A stretch of DNA of 64,000 nucleotides from Batkoa obscura (taxonomy: Eukaryota), in the NCBI GenBank assembly GCA_030770535.1, contig JASVEC010000024.1, forward strand, positions 558,001 through 622,000, written 5' to 3'. A program made the translations under genes and the position numbers. Of this stretch, positions 1 through 14,432 are shown piece after piece. Position 1 is the stretch's first letter. The number at the start of each line of letters is the position of its first letter. The notes beneath the pieces are model-generated. The model saw only the letters and a program-made list of their open reading frames with translations, searched no databases and was not told where the DNA came from.

Positions 1-20
1 TCTGTACTTCTTTTTTGTGA

Positions 21-1283
21 TTATAAGGTATTCTTATCCAAATCTTTCAAATATAAATCCAAAGATTTCAGATCCTCCTGTGTAAAATCAGTAAACTTAG
101 TTTTAACTACCTTCGATTTTCCAAAACGATCTGAAGTAGCGTCATATCTACATTTAGAGTCAATCTCACCCAGTGGAATTTCAAAAGAATACAAAATGGA
201 AGCAGATGCATTCTTAAGGCTGATGGTAAGTTCAGGTATGCCAAATAATAATCTCATCTAGTTGAAAATTAGTATTAGTCTAAAAGAGGATGAAGTAGTA
301 TTAGTTACGATAATCAAAGCTGGGGTCATAAAGATCATCACAAATAATGGAGGAAGCAAAGTGTTTGCTATATTACTTGCTATGACACCAGGTGAAGTAA
401 CAATAGATGTAATTGGATAGTTTTTAGCTTTAAATTCTTGGTTGAAAAGTTCCGATAAGAGTTGTAGGCAGTATTTGTTGGAGCCATAGGGGTTTATACT
501 TGATATAAAGTTCAATATTGTTATTATATAGTATTATTGTTAGTAACATACCTTTTCATCCCTTGTATGTCTTCAATATCGAAAAATTCTTTTTCTCCTT
601 CTGAAGATCCAGTCCATATAATTCTAGCATCTTGGGATTTTTTTAAAACTTCAGTTAATTTTCTGATCTATAAATTATTATTATAGACTTCACTTATTGT
701 ATTATGTTTTACCATAATATAGTGCCCATATACATTCGTATAAAAAGATTTTGAAATCTCTTTATTGATCATACTTATTCCATCATGGTTAATATACTTT
801 GGTTTAACTGGAAAAGTTCGAATATCAAACAATAGCTGATGAACTATACCCCAATAAGAAATTCCATTTGCTATCAATGCACCAGCGTTTAAAAACAAAG
901 TGTCTATTTTATCTTCACTAGACCAAATTAATTCAAGGAACTTAATTAAGCAGGTATTAAATTACCTTGAACTCAACTTTTTACAAGCACTTGAAATACT
1001 ATCCACGTCCGAAGTATCCAATTCCAAAGGAATTAAAACAACCTTCCCCTCTTCAATTGCTTTCTTTACAATTGGTGGCAAATTGAGTATTACTTCTTCA
1101 AATAAGGCTAAGACTCTGTCAGCATTTCTTGCTGTTCCATAGATCTTGATGTCTGTGAAACGGGTAAGTAAGGAAATCAAAATACCTTTGCCAACTGCTC
1201 TAAAATTAAACATCAGATATAAATTGACGTAAAGGATAATACAAATTATACCCTGTAATCCCTGTAATGACAACTGTTTTCAT
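21..1283 (-). CDS. ERG27: 3-keto-steroid reductase-like short-chain dehydrogenase (multi-exon)
   Basis: Spliced reading gives MKTVVITGITG/AVGKGI (TGxxxxxG Rossmann motif), FLNAG, TNVYGHY, IIWTGSS, YGSNKY (YxxxK) and VTSPGVIASNI. Short GT-AG introns link ORFs 962-1273, 668-898, 258-515 and 21-257. Confidence 0.7.
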
Positions 1284-1888
1284 TATTATTGTTATCGCTA
1301 TTTATAAAAAAGCATTTTGATTCTTTAAAGTAAAAAGCTTGATTTAAATGATTGGATACTTGTGGACAACAAATGGTACGATCATTTTTATTGTGACCCC
1401 TTTTTATAATAATCCTAGATTAAATTTGGAAGCATAACAAATCAATTTTAATTTTTAACATTTATGGCTATAGCAATTTTAAAAATTTATATTATTTATT
1501 TATTCTTATTATATAATGCTACTATTGTCATATAAACGCTGCTTTTTACTAAGGTTTCAAATATAGTAAAGTATCATTGTTTAAAGAACATTATATAAAG
1601 CTTTATCATAAAATTCAACTAGTTGTTTGAATTATTAAATCGAATGTTTACTTAAAAATTAACATTGAGGTGATAGATACTTTTAAAAGACTTTATAGAA
1701 TAGCCTTTAGACATCCATATTAATTATTATTACATTTGTTTATATTTTACGAACATTGTGAACTTAACGTTTAGTTTGTTTAATCCATTTAATTTATTTA
1801 GCTTAAAAACTTCAGCTATATTTTAATTTATTCTAATATTATATGTATATTTTACAAATAGTATTTAGAATTGAATCTGTATTTATAT

Positions 1889-1992
1889 GGGGATGTATTT
1901 TTGTGTTTAAGAATTTTACTAACAATTTTTCTGCTTAAATAGCACTTAAGTATACAGGGGTGTTTTTTTAGCTTCATCACTTTCCATTTTTT
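1889..1992. mobile_element. Rearranged ~97-bp MITE copy
   Basis: ATAT, then GGGGATGTATTTTTGTGTTTAAGAATTTT (reverse complement of the MITE right half, 1889-1950), then GGGGTGTTTTTTTAGCTTCATCAC (left half in + orientation, 1957-1992). Confidence 0.75.
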
Positions 1993-2914
1993 AAATAAAC
2001 CATGATAAAGTTCAAAATAATTTATTAGTTGATCTTATACAACATTTAGCAGTTATCGATAGTGTGAAAAAATTATTGATACAGAAAGTACTTCAAACTA
2101 ACAGAATGGCGTTAAAGTATACTATTTTAATTAACTAGTTAATGCTTAATTTATAAAACTATAGTTAATGATTTAAATAACTGTTTCCGTGACTATTTTA
2201 ATAATATAACTTTGAGAATAATATCAGAATATTTTAGCTGTAGAGTTAAAGTATAAAACAATTATAGTCGTGAAGATGATAAATTATACTTATTCCTTAC
2301 TCGATATGATAATAAATAGCTTTCTGATTTTTATGAATTTAGGTTCTTAATCTTTGGCTGGATTTTTCAACTTATTTTAAATTTTAATTTTCATTAAATG
2401 CAATGTTTTTAGTTGGGATTTTTATTTGACTGATTGAATGGTACTTTTTTTTTCATTTTGATTTATGATTTGCTCAATATTCAAGCTCAAAAAGAAGGAT
2501 TGAGCAAATCCTAACCTTATGTTTTTAATGAATCTAATATAATCAATATAGGAATATTCAATTGTAAAGCTAGAGTTAGTGTGCTAATTATAAACTTAAT
2601 AATTCTTTTTATGAGTATGAGTTTTCTAAAAGCACAATTTACTCTTTTTAGAATCATTCTAATAAGGAGGATTTGCATTTGTCAGTAATAATGTAGAAAC
2701 TTCCCTTATCAAGATTAAGCAACAATACAATTAATTTGTTTTTTTTACAAAACTGCTATAAGTGAGATATTGAAATGTATTTTGTTAGTGGGTAAAGAGC
2801 ATACGACTTTGAAATAAGAGTATAACTAGTGTAAACTAAAGTATGACTTATACTATACTAAAAAGAAAACCAAAATTAACATTAAAGTAAAATTAGATTT
2901 AAATAAACATGATA

Positions 2915-3981
2915 TTAAGAGAATATAACCAAAATAAAGATGGACAACACAACAAACAAAATTAAAAAGATATAACACATTGTTTTTCTAGACTTCTTCT
3001 GGTATTCGTTAGCAGTGTTCAATTCGGTATTAGCTTGGTAAATATTAACTGCAACATTGGAAACATTGGATTCGATATTATCTGTATTTTAAATTAATAA
3101 ATATCTATTTATTAATAAGCATTTACCTAAAAGCCCTTGTTGTTCATTGACAAATGTCCCTAAATCTCTAAAGACTTCGTTTAATTCTGTTATTCCTTGT
3201 TCTATCTCTTGGATCTCTCTTTCTCTTTCTTCGATAAGACCTTGGTTAAATTCAATCTCGTTATCTAATGATTGAACTTGGACCCTAAAAAAAATTAATT
3301 TTATTTTCTTAAAGAAATTGCCAGTAATACCTCTGGTTAGATTGCAAAAGCAATGGTTGCTCTTCTTTTTCTTCATCCCTAAAAAAAGCCAATTAATTTA
3401 AATTTCATCAATTTAATAAAGTTTTACTCTTGCACATTGTGTATATAGTCAACAACTTCCCTTGATTTTTCAGCAGAAATTTTTTGAATCGAATGAAACT
3501 GAGCCAAAACTTTTTGAAAGTCTTTCGTTAATTTGTGCTGCCCAAGTTTACGTTGTTTCTATAAAGCGGTTATTCGTTTAAATTAAAAACTTAGTAAGTA
3601 TTACCAATTCTTCAGAAGATAAACTACTAGTATTGGTTGTAAGTGACTTTATATCTTTTGTGGTAACTTTTATCATCTCTCTCGTTGACTCAGTAACATC
3701 ATGCCTATTTTTGTTTAATAACTTTAAATTCAGTATATTATTGATATTACATTTGACTCCTTAACGCCTGAGTATCTCTTTGAGTTCCAAGTAAATTAAC
3801 AATCCTTTGAAGATTGGATACGTTTGAAGTTATCTTGAATATTTTTTGAGAAATGGATTTAGTCAAAGCATCTGAATATAATGATTAGTATTTTGAATAG
3901 ATCTATCAACTATATATTACCTGAGTTTTGATTGCTCTTTAAACCACCACCAAACCCCGCTTCAAGATCGTTAAAAGACAT
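2915..3981 (-). CDS. PEP12: Endosomal/vacuolar Qa-SNARE syntaxin (Pep12/STX7/12-like)
   Basis: Starts MSFNDLEAG. SNARE motif LIEEREREIQEIEQGITELNEVFRDLGTFVNEQQGLL/DNIESNV. C-terminal TM helix MCYIFLILFVVLSIFILVIFS*. Confidence 0.85.
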
Positions 3982-5136
3982 ATTTTATTTATAAGAAAGA
4001 TTAATTAAATTTTTACTTGTTCCACTCTTTCTTATTTTTAATAACGATTTTCCATAAATTCCCAAAGTTTATTATTTTTTGAATAAATTTGGAAATTCTG
4101 CTAATGAATCTCTGATCAGTTTGGCTGTGTTTTAGCCAAATTTAATGACTTATGCTTAGTAACAAAAATTACTTAAGTATGATAACACCTATCGGAATTT
4201 TGGTGATAAATTAGTTGCTATCATTGAAAGGGAATTTTAGTTCTATTTAAAAATTATTGTTGGTAAAAATAAATTGTTGACATTAGAAAACAGTTTCTAG
4301 CTTTGAATTACAATACAATAGAGGTATTTATTTTAGTTTATGAAATAATCTTATTAAAGTTATCTACACATTTTTGCTACTTGCTGGTCTCTTTTTATAA
4401 TTATTAATAGTAGTTGATCATACTTCTGTTTATAGCAAGGTTATTAAAAAAGATGTTAATACAAAACATGCTTTTATTTAACAATAGTCATCAAACCAGC
4501 ATGCTTGATACGTTCGTTTACAAATTAAGGGGAGTATAGTGCGATAGCCGTAATGCTTATAAAAAAAACCATTGTTAAGAACAATGTTAATAAAATCCAC
4601 TTTTTTTAGATCCTATGTTTCTTGTATAATAATCTCTAAATTGTTATTAAATAACAATTTAATAGCGGATTTAAGTTAACAGTAGTATTGCATAAATTGT
4701 ACACTATTAAACTGCATTTTACTTTGTTTAATTAACATTAATAAATTTATATTCTATAAAGTTCAATATAAAATTTTAACTGGAATATTAATATATTAAT
4801 CCAAGCAGTTTGATATAATTAGATTTCAATATATACAAACTTTATATAACATTCGGATATAATTAATAATTTTAATTTATTAATACGTTTGCAGTTCTAT
4901 AAATTTATTGACTATAAATTATGTTAAGAATATGAAAGTGTTAAAACCAATTAGCAATCAATTTTTAACAAATAAAAGGACCAATACAAATTAAAATGCA
5001 ATAAATGAGTGGCAGGTTTAATTAAACTAAAGCATTAAATTAGAAGCCACTAAATATTGTCCAACGTATATAATTATTCTCAATTTTAAAATTTAGTTTT
5101 TTATTTGTAATTGCTATTAAGTATCTTTCTTAATTG

Positions 5137-6737
<1,601 letters not shown>

Positions 6738-7139
6738 TGAATTTAGTTATTAAACCCTATTTCTAATAAACACATAAAGTTAAAGTTTTAAACAATAGAA
6801 TTTCACACTATAAAGTTGCTACTAGAGTTTAAAATTTAACCAAACTCTAACTCTTGATGTTTCAAACTTAATTGTGTCAGAAATAAAGGGATGTTTTTTC
6901 ATTAAAATATAAAATTTTAAATTTCTAATTGGTTATTACTATTACTATTTGATTTCTAATCATGTATACTGCAATATTGATGTCTTCTATTATTTTTCCA
7001 AGTTTAATAGTATTGCTTTGTACTGCTAGCAACGTTACTATTCACTAGATAACTCCTCATAAATGACTTCAAATAGTACATATTCGACTGTTTTTTAATG
7101 CAAAAACCAGCCCTTAAGTAATATAAATGATAAGGACAT

Positions 7140-7234
7140 GGGATGTTTTTTATTTTCATCACTTTTTCCTTTTTTTAAGCACTATTTGAGCAGAAAGATT
7201 GTTAGTAAAATTCTTAAACAAAAAATACATCTCT
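7140..7234 (+). mobile_element. ~97-bp MITE, decayed, ACAT TSD
   Basis: GGGATGTTTTTT...AAAAATACATCTCT flanked by ACAT at 7136-7139 and 7235-7238. Confidence 0.85.
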
Positions 7235-7836
7235 ACATCATTGTCATGTGTATAGCTTTGTGATATATCAAGGATTAAAACTGCAAGAGATAGCTTTGAA
7301 AATAATACTTTTAAAAGTTCAGATTTCTGATACTCTTTATAAAGTTTATTGGCAATTTTAAAATGACATCAAATTAAATTTTTTTATTTAAATCTATTTG
7401 ATATTTCCTTTATTATACAGCTTTTTGTTATATAATTGTGCTTTTAAACTTGCTTTGTCATATTGTTGATCAGTCATCTGTTAAAATATATTTATATAGT
7501 TTTATTTATTTGAGCTATTTATAGTATAATCATATTGTTTAATTTGAATTTTTTAAAACAAATTAAGATTTCATATTTGCTATTTTATTACAATTTGAAA
7601 AGGTGGACTTTCTTCCTCACTTTAACTAATTTGCAAATACTTCAAACCAATAAAAAAGATTTTAATGAAATTCGCTCATTAATGCAAAGTTGCATTATTT
7701 AGGGTAAATTAGAAAAGAATAAGTAACATTTCTTATAGATTGATAAAATAGTTGTTGAAATTATAAGGTTATGACAAAAAATTAATACGGCATCAAACTC
7801 TTTACAAATAAACATATTACTTGATCTTTAGAAACG

Positions 7837-10800
7837 ATGAAAAGCGATTTATTTTATAGCGGTGACAACCTTTTTAGAGATATCTCTCAACATATATCTT
7901 ATTTAGACCCAAACTTTGAAGCTTCAACAAATAACTTTTTTGAATCAAGATTGAAAACAATTTTATCATTGGTTTATTATCTAAACTGCTTCTCTTCAAC
8001 ATTTATCTTTGTTTTTTCACTCAAATCCGAGCTCGGTAATTCTTTTTACTTATTTCTTAATATATGTGTTTGGTCTTCTTTAGTGTTGAAGACATTTGAG
8101 AGGTTGGTAAGAAATGCCAAAGGTTCGATTTATATGGCTATTTTTGCTTGTTTATTGCATATAATGTTTGACATAATGAGTGGATTTAGAACTTTAAACG
8201 AGCATAATTTTACTGGGGATTCTTCGACATCTATATTAGTTTACTCTTCGTGGGCTTTACCAGAATTCACCTTCTTTTTCGTAGTTGTACTTTTAATGAT
8301 TATAAATTTATACGAGAAAGATAGGTTGAAACTTCAAGCAGAAATTAGAAACCAATTTATGACCGCATGTGTTGCAACGGAAAATTCACATAAATCATAT
8401 ATAAATAAAGAAGTACAAATCATCCGTGTTTTTGTTGAAGAACTTCGAACAATCGTCGCTGTTATTCAAGAACATTCCAAAACATTAGCTTTATTTGGAG
8501 AATCAAATGTGTTAGATAGCAACAACTGTAAAGTATTTGAGCTAAAATTGGACACTTTTTTCAAACATTTCTCAAAGATTTGCAATGTGCTTACTAGCTA
8601 CAGGGATCTTAGCTCTGGTCGGTTTTTAGGATTTGTAGCTTCTTATAAATCAAAAAATCGTTTCGATGTCACCAATGTACTCCAATTATGTGGTGATATT
8701 TTAGGGAAACATGCAGCTAGAGAGAAATTAGAGCTTATTATTAATGATTTGGAGCTCGTTTTCACAAAGTTGTTTGCTTATGGTGAAGGTATAGCTTTGA
8801 ATCATATTCTAGTCAGAGTAAGTTTATTTTGGTTATATTAAATAAATATTTAATGTTTGTAGATGTTGAACTTTGCGATTCAATCAGCTTTGCCCAATTC
8901 AAGTATTGAACTCGGAGTAAAAATACCTAAATCAAAAAAAGATAAAGATGCCCCTATTGATGTGAATACTCCAATTTCATTTATTTTTACAGTTTCATAT
9001 AGTACTTCTTCTTCAACAGATATAATTGATTTGAATTTAGATATGAATAGCCCGTTAGTTTTACTTTCAAAGCAAGTGGGAGCTAAATTGACTTACTTTG
9101 GCGATTCTAATAAGAAAACTATTTATATAAAATGTACCTTTGTAATGTCTGAGGAGTGTCACGCAATACTAAATAAATCGTTTGATGAAAATGTAATTGA
9201 ACATCCTTCAAGAAAATTATTTCTTGATCATGAGTTATATTTAGTTACTTCCCAGGACTCAACTTTTGGGAACTTTCTTAATTCTTGTTTTAAATTGCTT
9301 GGTGCAAACATTGATTTAGTACCAAATTCTACTCCCGCCTTATCTCGCTGCTTAAGAACTTTAAATGATAAAAGTATAATATCAAAAGATGTATGCTTTA
9401 TTATCAACGATTGTTTCACTTCATTTCAGACTATCATTCATGATATTTTGCTAAGAAATACAGGAGATCACTGTAGAAGAGTCAATAATACAAGCATTAT
9501 CTATCTTCTGTCACCAGATAGTTTCCCAGAAGTATTTCAATTTTTAGAAACAACTTTATCCCAATGCCATTCTTTATTTTATCCTTGCATTACATTAATA
9601 CCTAAACCCGTAGGGTTTAGACTATTTGTTGATTTATATGTTTCCCATGTGAATGCTTCACAAAATAGCTATTCTCCGGGTAGGTTTAGGTTATTCAATG
9701 AAAATAAAAGCTTGTCACAAAACAAAATTCAGTCCCCTGAAATTAAGTCTCCCCGCTCCCCTCACTCACCAAGACCTCTTCACAGGCATTCAAACTCCAA
9801 TGGAAGTTCCTCATCAATAAAACCAGAAGTATTAGTTGAAGTCAAATCGCCGGAAGGAGTGGTTATACCGAAAATCGAAGATCCTGAGCCGTTAAATCCT
9901 TCTATTCCAAATGTTGTTGTGACAGATGAAAAGGTTAAATCATCACCAACCCCTTTATCCAAACTTCTTTCAAAATCTAAACAATCACGTACTGCTGCTA
10001 AATTAGCAAAATTAAATAAGCAAGGTAAAAAGGATGGACCAATGCTTTCACCGAACTCAGCTAAGCGTCCTGGAGCAAATTCTGGTTCTTATTTTCCACA
10101 AGTCCAGTCACTTCCTATCAATGTTTTAATAGTTGAAGGTAATTTTATTTGTTCTTATTTGTGTTCAATAATTAACTTTTTAGATAATCCGATTAATCAA
10201 AAGATTCTTGCTACATTTATGAAAAAGCGAAAGATAAAATATGCAGTTGCAAATGATGGACAAGAGGCTGTCGAAAAATGGAAAAAGGGTGGATTTCATA
10301 TTGTCTTAGTAAATAATTTTTAATTAACATAAAACATTTGCTCATTCTTTTATTTAGATGGATATTCAACTTCCAGTTATGGATGGTATCGAAGCTACCA
10401 AAGAGATACGAAAAATCGAAAAAAGTAGACAAATCAGTTTTTTTAGCCCGCCAACTTCTTCAAATAGTGAGCCTATGAAGTTACCAACTCACTCTCAGCC
10501 AAATACACCATCGCCACGTACACCTCCTACTCCAATCCAATCGCCAGTTATTATTGTAGCTCTTACTGCCTCATCGTTAAGGACAGATCGTATTGATGCT
10601 TTAGCTGCAGGTTGTAATGATTTCCTGACTAAACCAGTCTCTTTAGTTTGGCTTGAAAAAAAAATAATGGAATGGGGATGTATGCAGGCATTGATAGATA
10701 TTGAAGGATGGCGTCGACTTAAATATTCCAAAGCTAGCTCACCAACAGCACGTAATGTGGGTAATGGACCTTCCACAGCACCAACGCACCATGGCTTCCC

Positions 10801-10915
10801 ACTCAGTAAATTACCAGATCCTACTAGAAATTTTAATATGCGATCGGAAGCTATGCTATCAAAGCTTAAAAAAGCAGAGGAAAAGAAGCGTGGGACTAGT
10901 CCTGTTTATCAATAA
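7837..10915 (+). CDS. SSK1: Ssk1/Mcs4-type response regulator with N-terminal TM region and degenerate histidine-kinase-like region
   Basis: Receiver motifs INVLIVE/DNPINQKIL, LMDIQLPVMDG, IIVALTASSL, AGCNDFLTKPV. Ssk1-type tail WLEKKIMEWGCMQALID. Introns near 8818, 10139 and 10309. The start codon is uncertain. Confidence 0.9.
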
Positions 10916-11355
10916 TACGAAGATATTATCAAACTGACTTTTTTATCTTTTAATGTAAATGATTATGTAATATTTTTGGTCATAGCATTTTCAATATCGG
11001 TTGATAATGAAGTGTTATTTATAGCTGCAAGCTAGTTTTTTAATTTTTTTCCAAGTGGAGGCGTTAGCTAAATTAAAGCTTTATTTTTAAAATTTATAAT
11101 ATATCTCTTCAATACTTTATTAAAATAACACTTTCTAATAAAAATGACAAGTATTGAAATGTTTGTAAAAATAATAAAACTAAAAACATTTACATTTTAA
11201 ATTTATTTATAGTTTATTTATAAATGTTCGATTATCTAATTAATAGATTGAAGAGATTAACTTTACAAAAAAGTCAGCCCTTCAATATAACAGTGTAATA
11301 TAGATTATTAGTAAAGAAAAACAATCAGCGAAGGTTATAATCAAGAAAGATTGAC

Positions 11356-12678
11356 TTATTCTGAAGAAGCTTTGAGAGCTTGTTCAATATCTTCAAGTAA
11401 GTCTTCAGCGTCTTCAATACCTACAGATAAACGAATAAGATTATCAGTTATTCCTAAAATTTCACGGTCTTCAGCTGAAACGGAACCATGAGTCATTTTA
11501 GATGGAAGTTCACAAAGAGATTCAACTCCACCAAGACTTTCAGCTAAAGTGAAGATTCTAAGGTTTTGCAAAAATTTATCAGCTACATCACCATCACCAT
11601 TGATTCTAAAGGATACCATACCACCGTACCCTTTCATTTGTTTCTTAGCTAATTCATGTTGAGGATGTGATTCTAAGCCAGGATAGATAACTTTAGTGGC
11701 ATAAGGGGAGGCTTCTAAGTATTTGGCAACTTGGAGAGCATTAGCTTCATGTTGACGCATACGAAGAGCTAAAGTCTTAAGACCACGATGAGCAAGGAAA
11801 CAATCAAAGGCAGATGGGACAGCACCGAAGGAGTTTTGTTGGAATTTAAGATCTTCGTATAATTTAAGATCATTTAATGCAGCTACTCCCATAACGACAT
11901 CAGAGTGGCCATTAATGTATTTAGTTACTGAATGGATAACAATATCGGCGCCTAAAGTTAATGGGTTTTGGAAATATGGGGATAAAAAGGTGTTATCAAC
12001 AACTAAAATAGCACCATTTTTATGGGCGATTTCGGCAACAGCCCTGATATCTACTAAACGTAAAGTAGGATTGGTAGGAGTTTCAATCCAGACAATCTAA
12101 GATAGATTGTAAATAAAAGTTGTAAATAAAAAATATTAAGTGACCTACCTTAGTATTAGGCTTAATGACGGTGGATAAATTCTCTGGCTCCAATAAATCA
12201 ACAAAGTCAACACTAATACCTTTAGTATTGGCGACTTTAGTGAAATAACGGTAAGTTCCACCATAAACATCGTTTACAGAGACAATGTGAGAGCCGGATG
12301 GAAGCATGTTTACAATGGATGCAGTAGTGGCTGAACCAGATGAGAAAGCAAGACCTAGTATAATTTAATACCAAATTTGAAAGAATTAGTATGGATAAAC
12401 TTACCATGATTTCCTTGCTCTAAGGCAGCTACAGCAGCTTCAAAGGAGTCACGGTTTGGGTTACCAGAACGGGAATATTCAAAACCCTATATTATATTAA
12501 TAAAAAAGTAAAATAATCTTATAGTTATAGTTACCTGATGAACACCAACAGCAGATTGTTTGAAGGTTGTTGAAAGAGAGATGGCAGGAATTACAGCGCC
12601 AGTTGATGCGTCTGGGCTTTGAGCAGCGTGGATAGCAAGGGTAGCGAATTTTAAAGTTTTATTAGCGTTATGGACCAT
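11356..12678 (-). CDS. CYS3: Cystathionine gamma-lyase
   Basis: FATLAIHA, PAISLSTTFKQ, YSRSGNPNR, DVYGGTYRYF, WIETPTNP, HSVTKYINGHSDV (PLP lysine), LAESLGGVESL, LIRLSVGIED. Confidence 0.95.
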
Positions 12679-14432
12679 ATTGAATATTATATAAATCAAT
12701 CAATAAAAAGTGAAAGAAGGAATTTTATTTTTTCATTGAACCTCCATTGCTATCATTTTTATAATACCTCCTTGCAACATACTTTCTTTGTATTACACCA
12801 TTTCGAATGATTTAAATTAGTAATCTGTCAATCTTTCCCACAGTCAAAGTAGCCAATCATGTGATTTTAAGCTTACAAATGCAGTATAAACTTTAAAATG
12901 TGATTTGTGGAGATTCTCAGAAAGGCAAGTTTCCATAGTAAATTTTCTCCAGAATTTTTTATGAATTAAAATTTTCTTTTAAATTAAATATTAAACTTGT
13001 ATTTTTTTGACATCTTTGACATTATTTGAGTACATTTTATAATAAAAAATGAAGTTTTTATATAACTTGCATCCAAACAAATATTAAATAAGTCGACGCA
13101 ATCTTAGCAAAATATCAAAATCATTAATAATTTTTTTAACTCAAATCAATATTTGATTAATAATTTACAAATGAAGTTAGCAAAATTAAACAATTATTAG
13201 GAATCTTAATTGATTTTGATTGAAACTTAGATTAAATTTGCATAATTTTCAAAAAATCAGTTTTTAATCTACCAAAAATCCATTGTAATGATTGGGCTAA
13301 ATGATTATTAATTCGTTATTAGATTATTAATTATACCATAGTGAAATCATAGGTTGAGGCTATTTATAATCTTAACCCATCAACTATGCCCATTCGGATC
13401 AGAAAATCGATTTTATTGGTTAGTTGTATCGTAAAATGAATTTTACTTTTATTTAAAAGATTTCATCTTATATAATAATTTGTATATTTATTTCATTATT
13501 TCAATTTATTAGTTAAATAAAAATAAATATTTTGTTTTCAGAAATTTAAAAAATGAATAGGGATCACATTATCCTTAAAATTAAAGAGCGGATAATTCCG
13601 CCTAATTAAACTATTTGTTCAATTTCACTTGAAAAATTTAACAAAATTAAGGTTGATAGTTAATTTACCTTTAATTGTTTCATTATATAAGGGTATTATG
13701 CCTCAAGATATTTATAAAGCCATTTAACTATGAAACTTTTATCATAAAATTTAACTATTATTCATTTATTAAAAATAGACATGAATTACATGTACTTGAG
13801 TTTACCACCATTTAATAACACTTATAAATCATTATTCTTAAAAAACGATTCTAAATTATATTTGTCCTAAAGACTATTAATTTCTAACTAGGTTAAGTAG
13901 AGTTTACCATCTAGACTATAAAGTGTGCTCAAAAAAGTGGGATAGATTTACCGGATAGTTCTTAGTAGATCAGTCTCATTTATTTTGAGTAGAGTTATAA
14001 GGACTTTATCTTATTTAAGCATTAATTTCTGATTTTCGTAAAGCTTTAGGACAATATAATTTTTCATTCAAAGAACTCATTAATTTAGAAGCCTACAAAC
14101 ATTTCATTGAAGCATTATGAAATCTAAAAATATCCTTTTAGATTATTCATTAATAACGATAATTTTTGTTTAGTATTGTTTATGTTCTGTGTTAATTTGC
14201 TATATATCGAATGAGCATTATTAGTTACTATGTCGTTTATTTCAAATATAAACTAAACTAATTTTGTATAAAACAGAACAATATAAGGTTAACTTTAAAT
14301 CCATTTGCTAAAGATAAGCAACTCTAACCAATCAAATCCTTTTATTAAATATAAGGTCTTGTTAAATTTATAAAATCAATTTCTACTTTTTAAAAGTTAA
14401 TTAATTATAAACTTAGTTAATAAAAAGGAAAA

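Noticed and set aside
4430..4700. Weak inverted repeats and a GC-richer patch (GGGGAGTATAGTGCGATAGCCG) as a tRNA/ncRNA
   Set aside because: No cloverleaf or T-loop GTTC motif could be built, and the stems are short and AT-rich.
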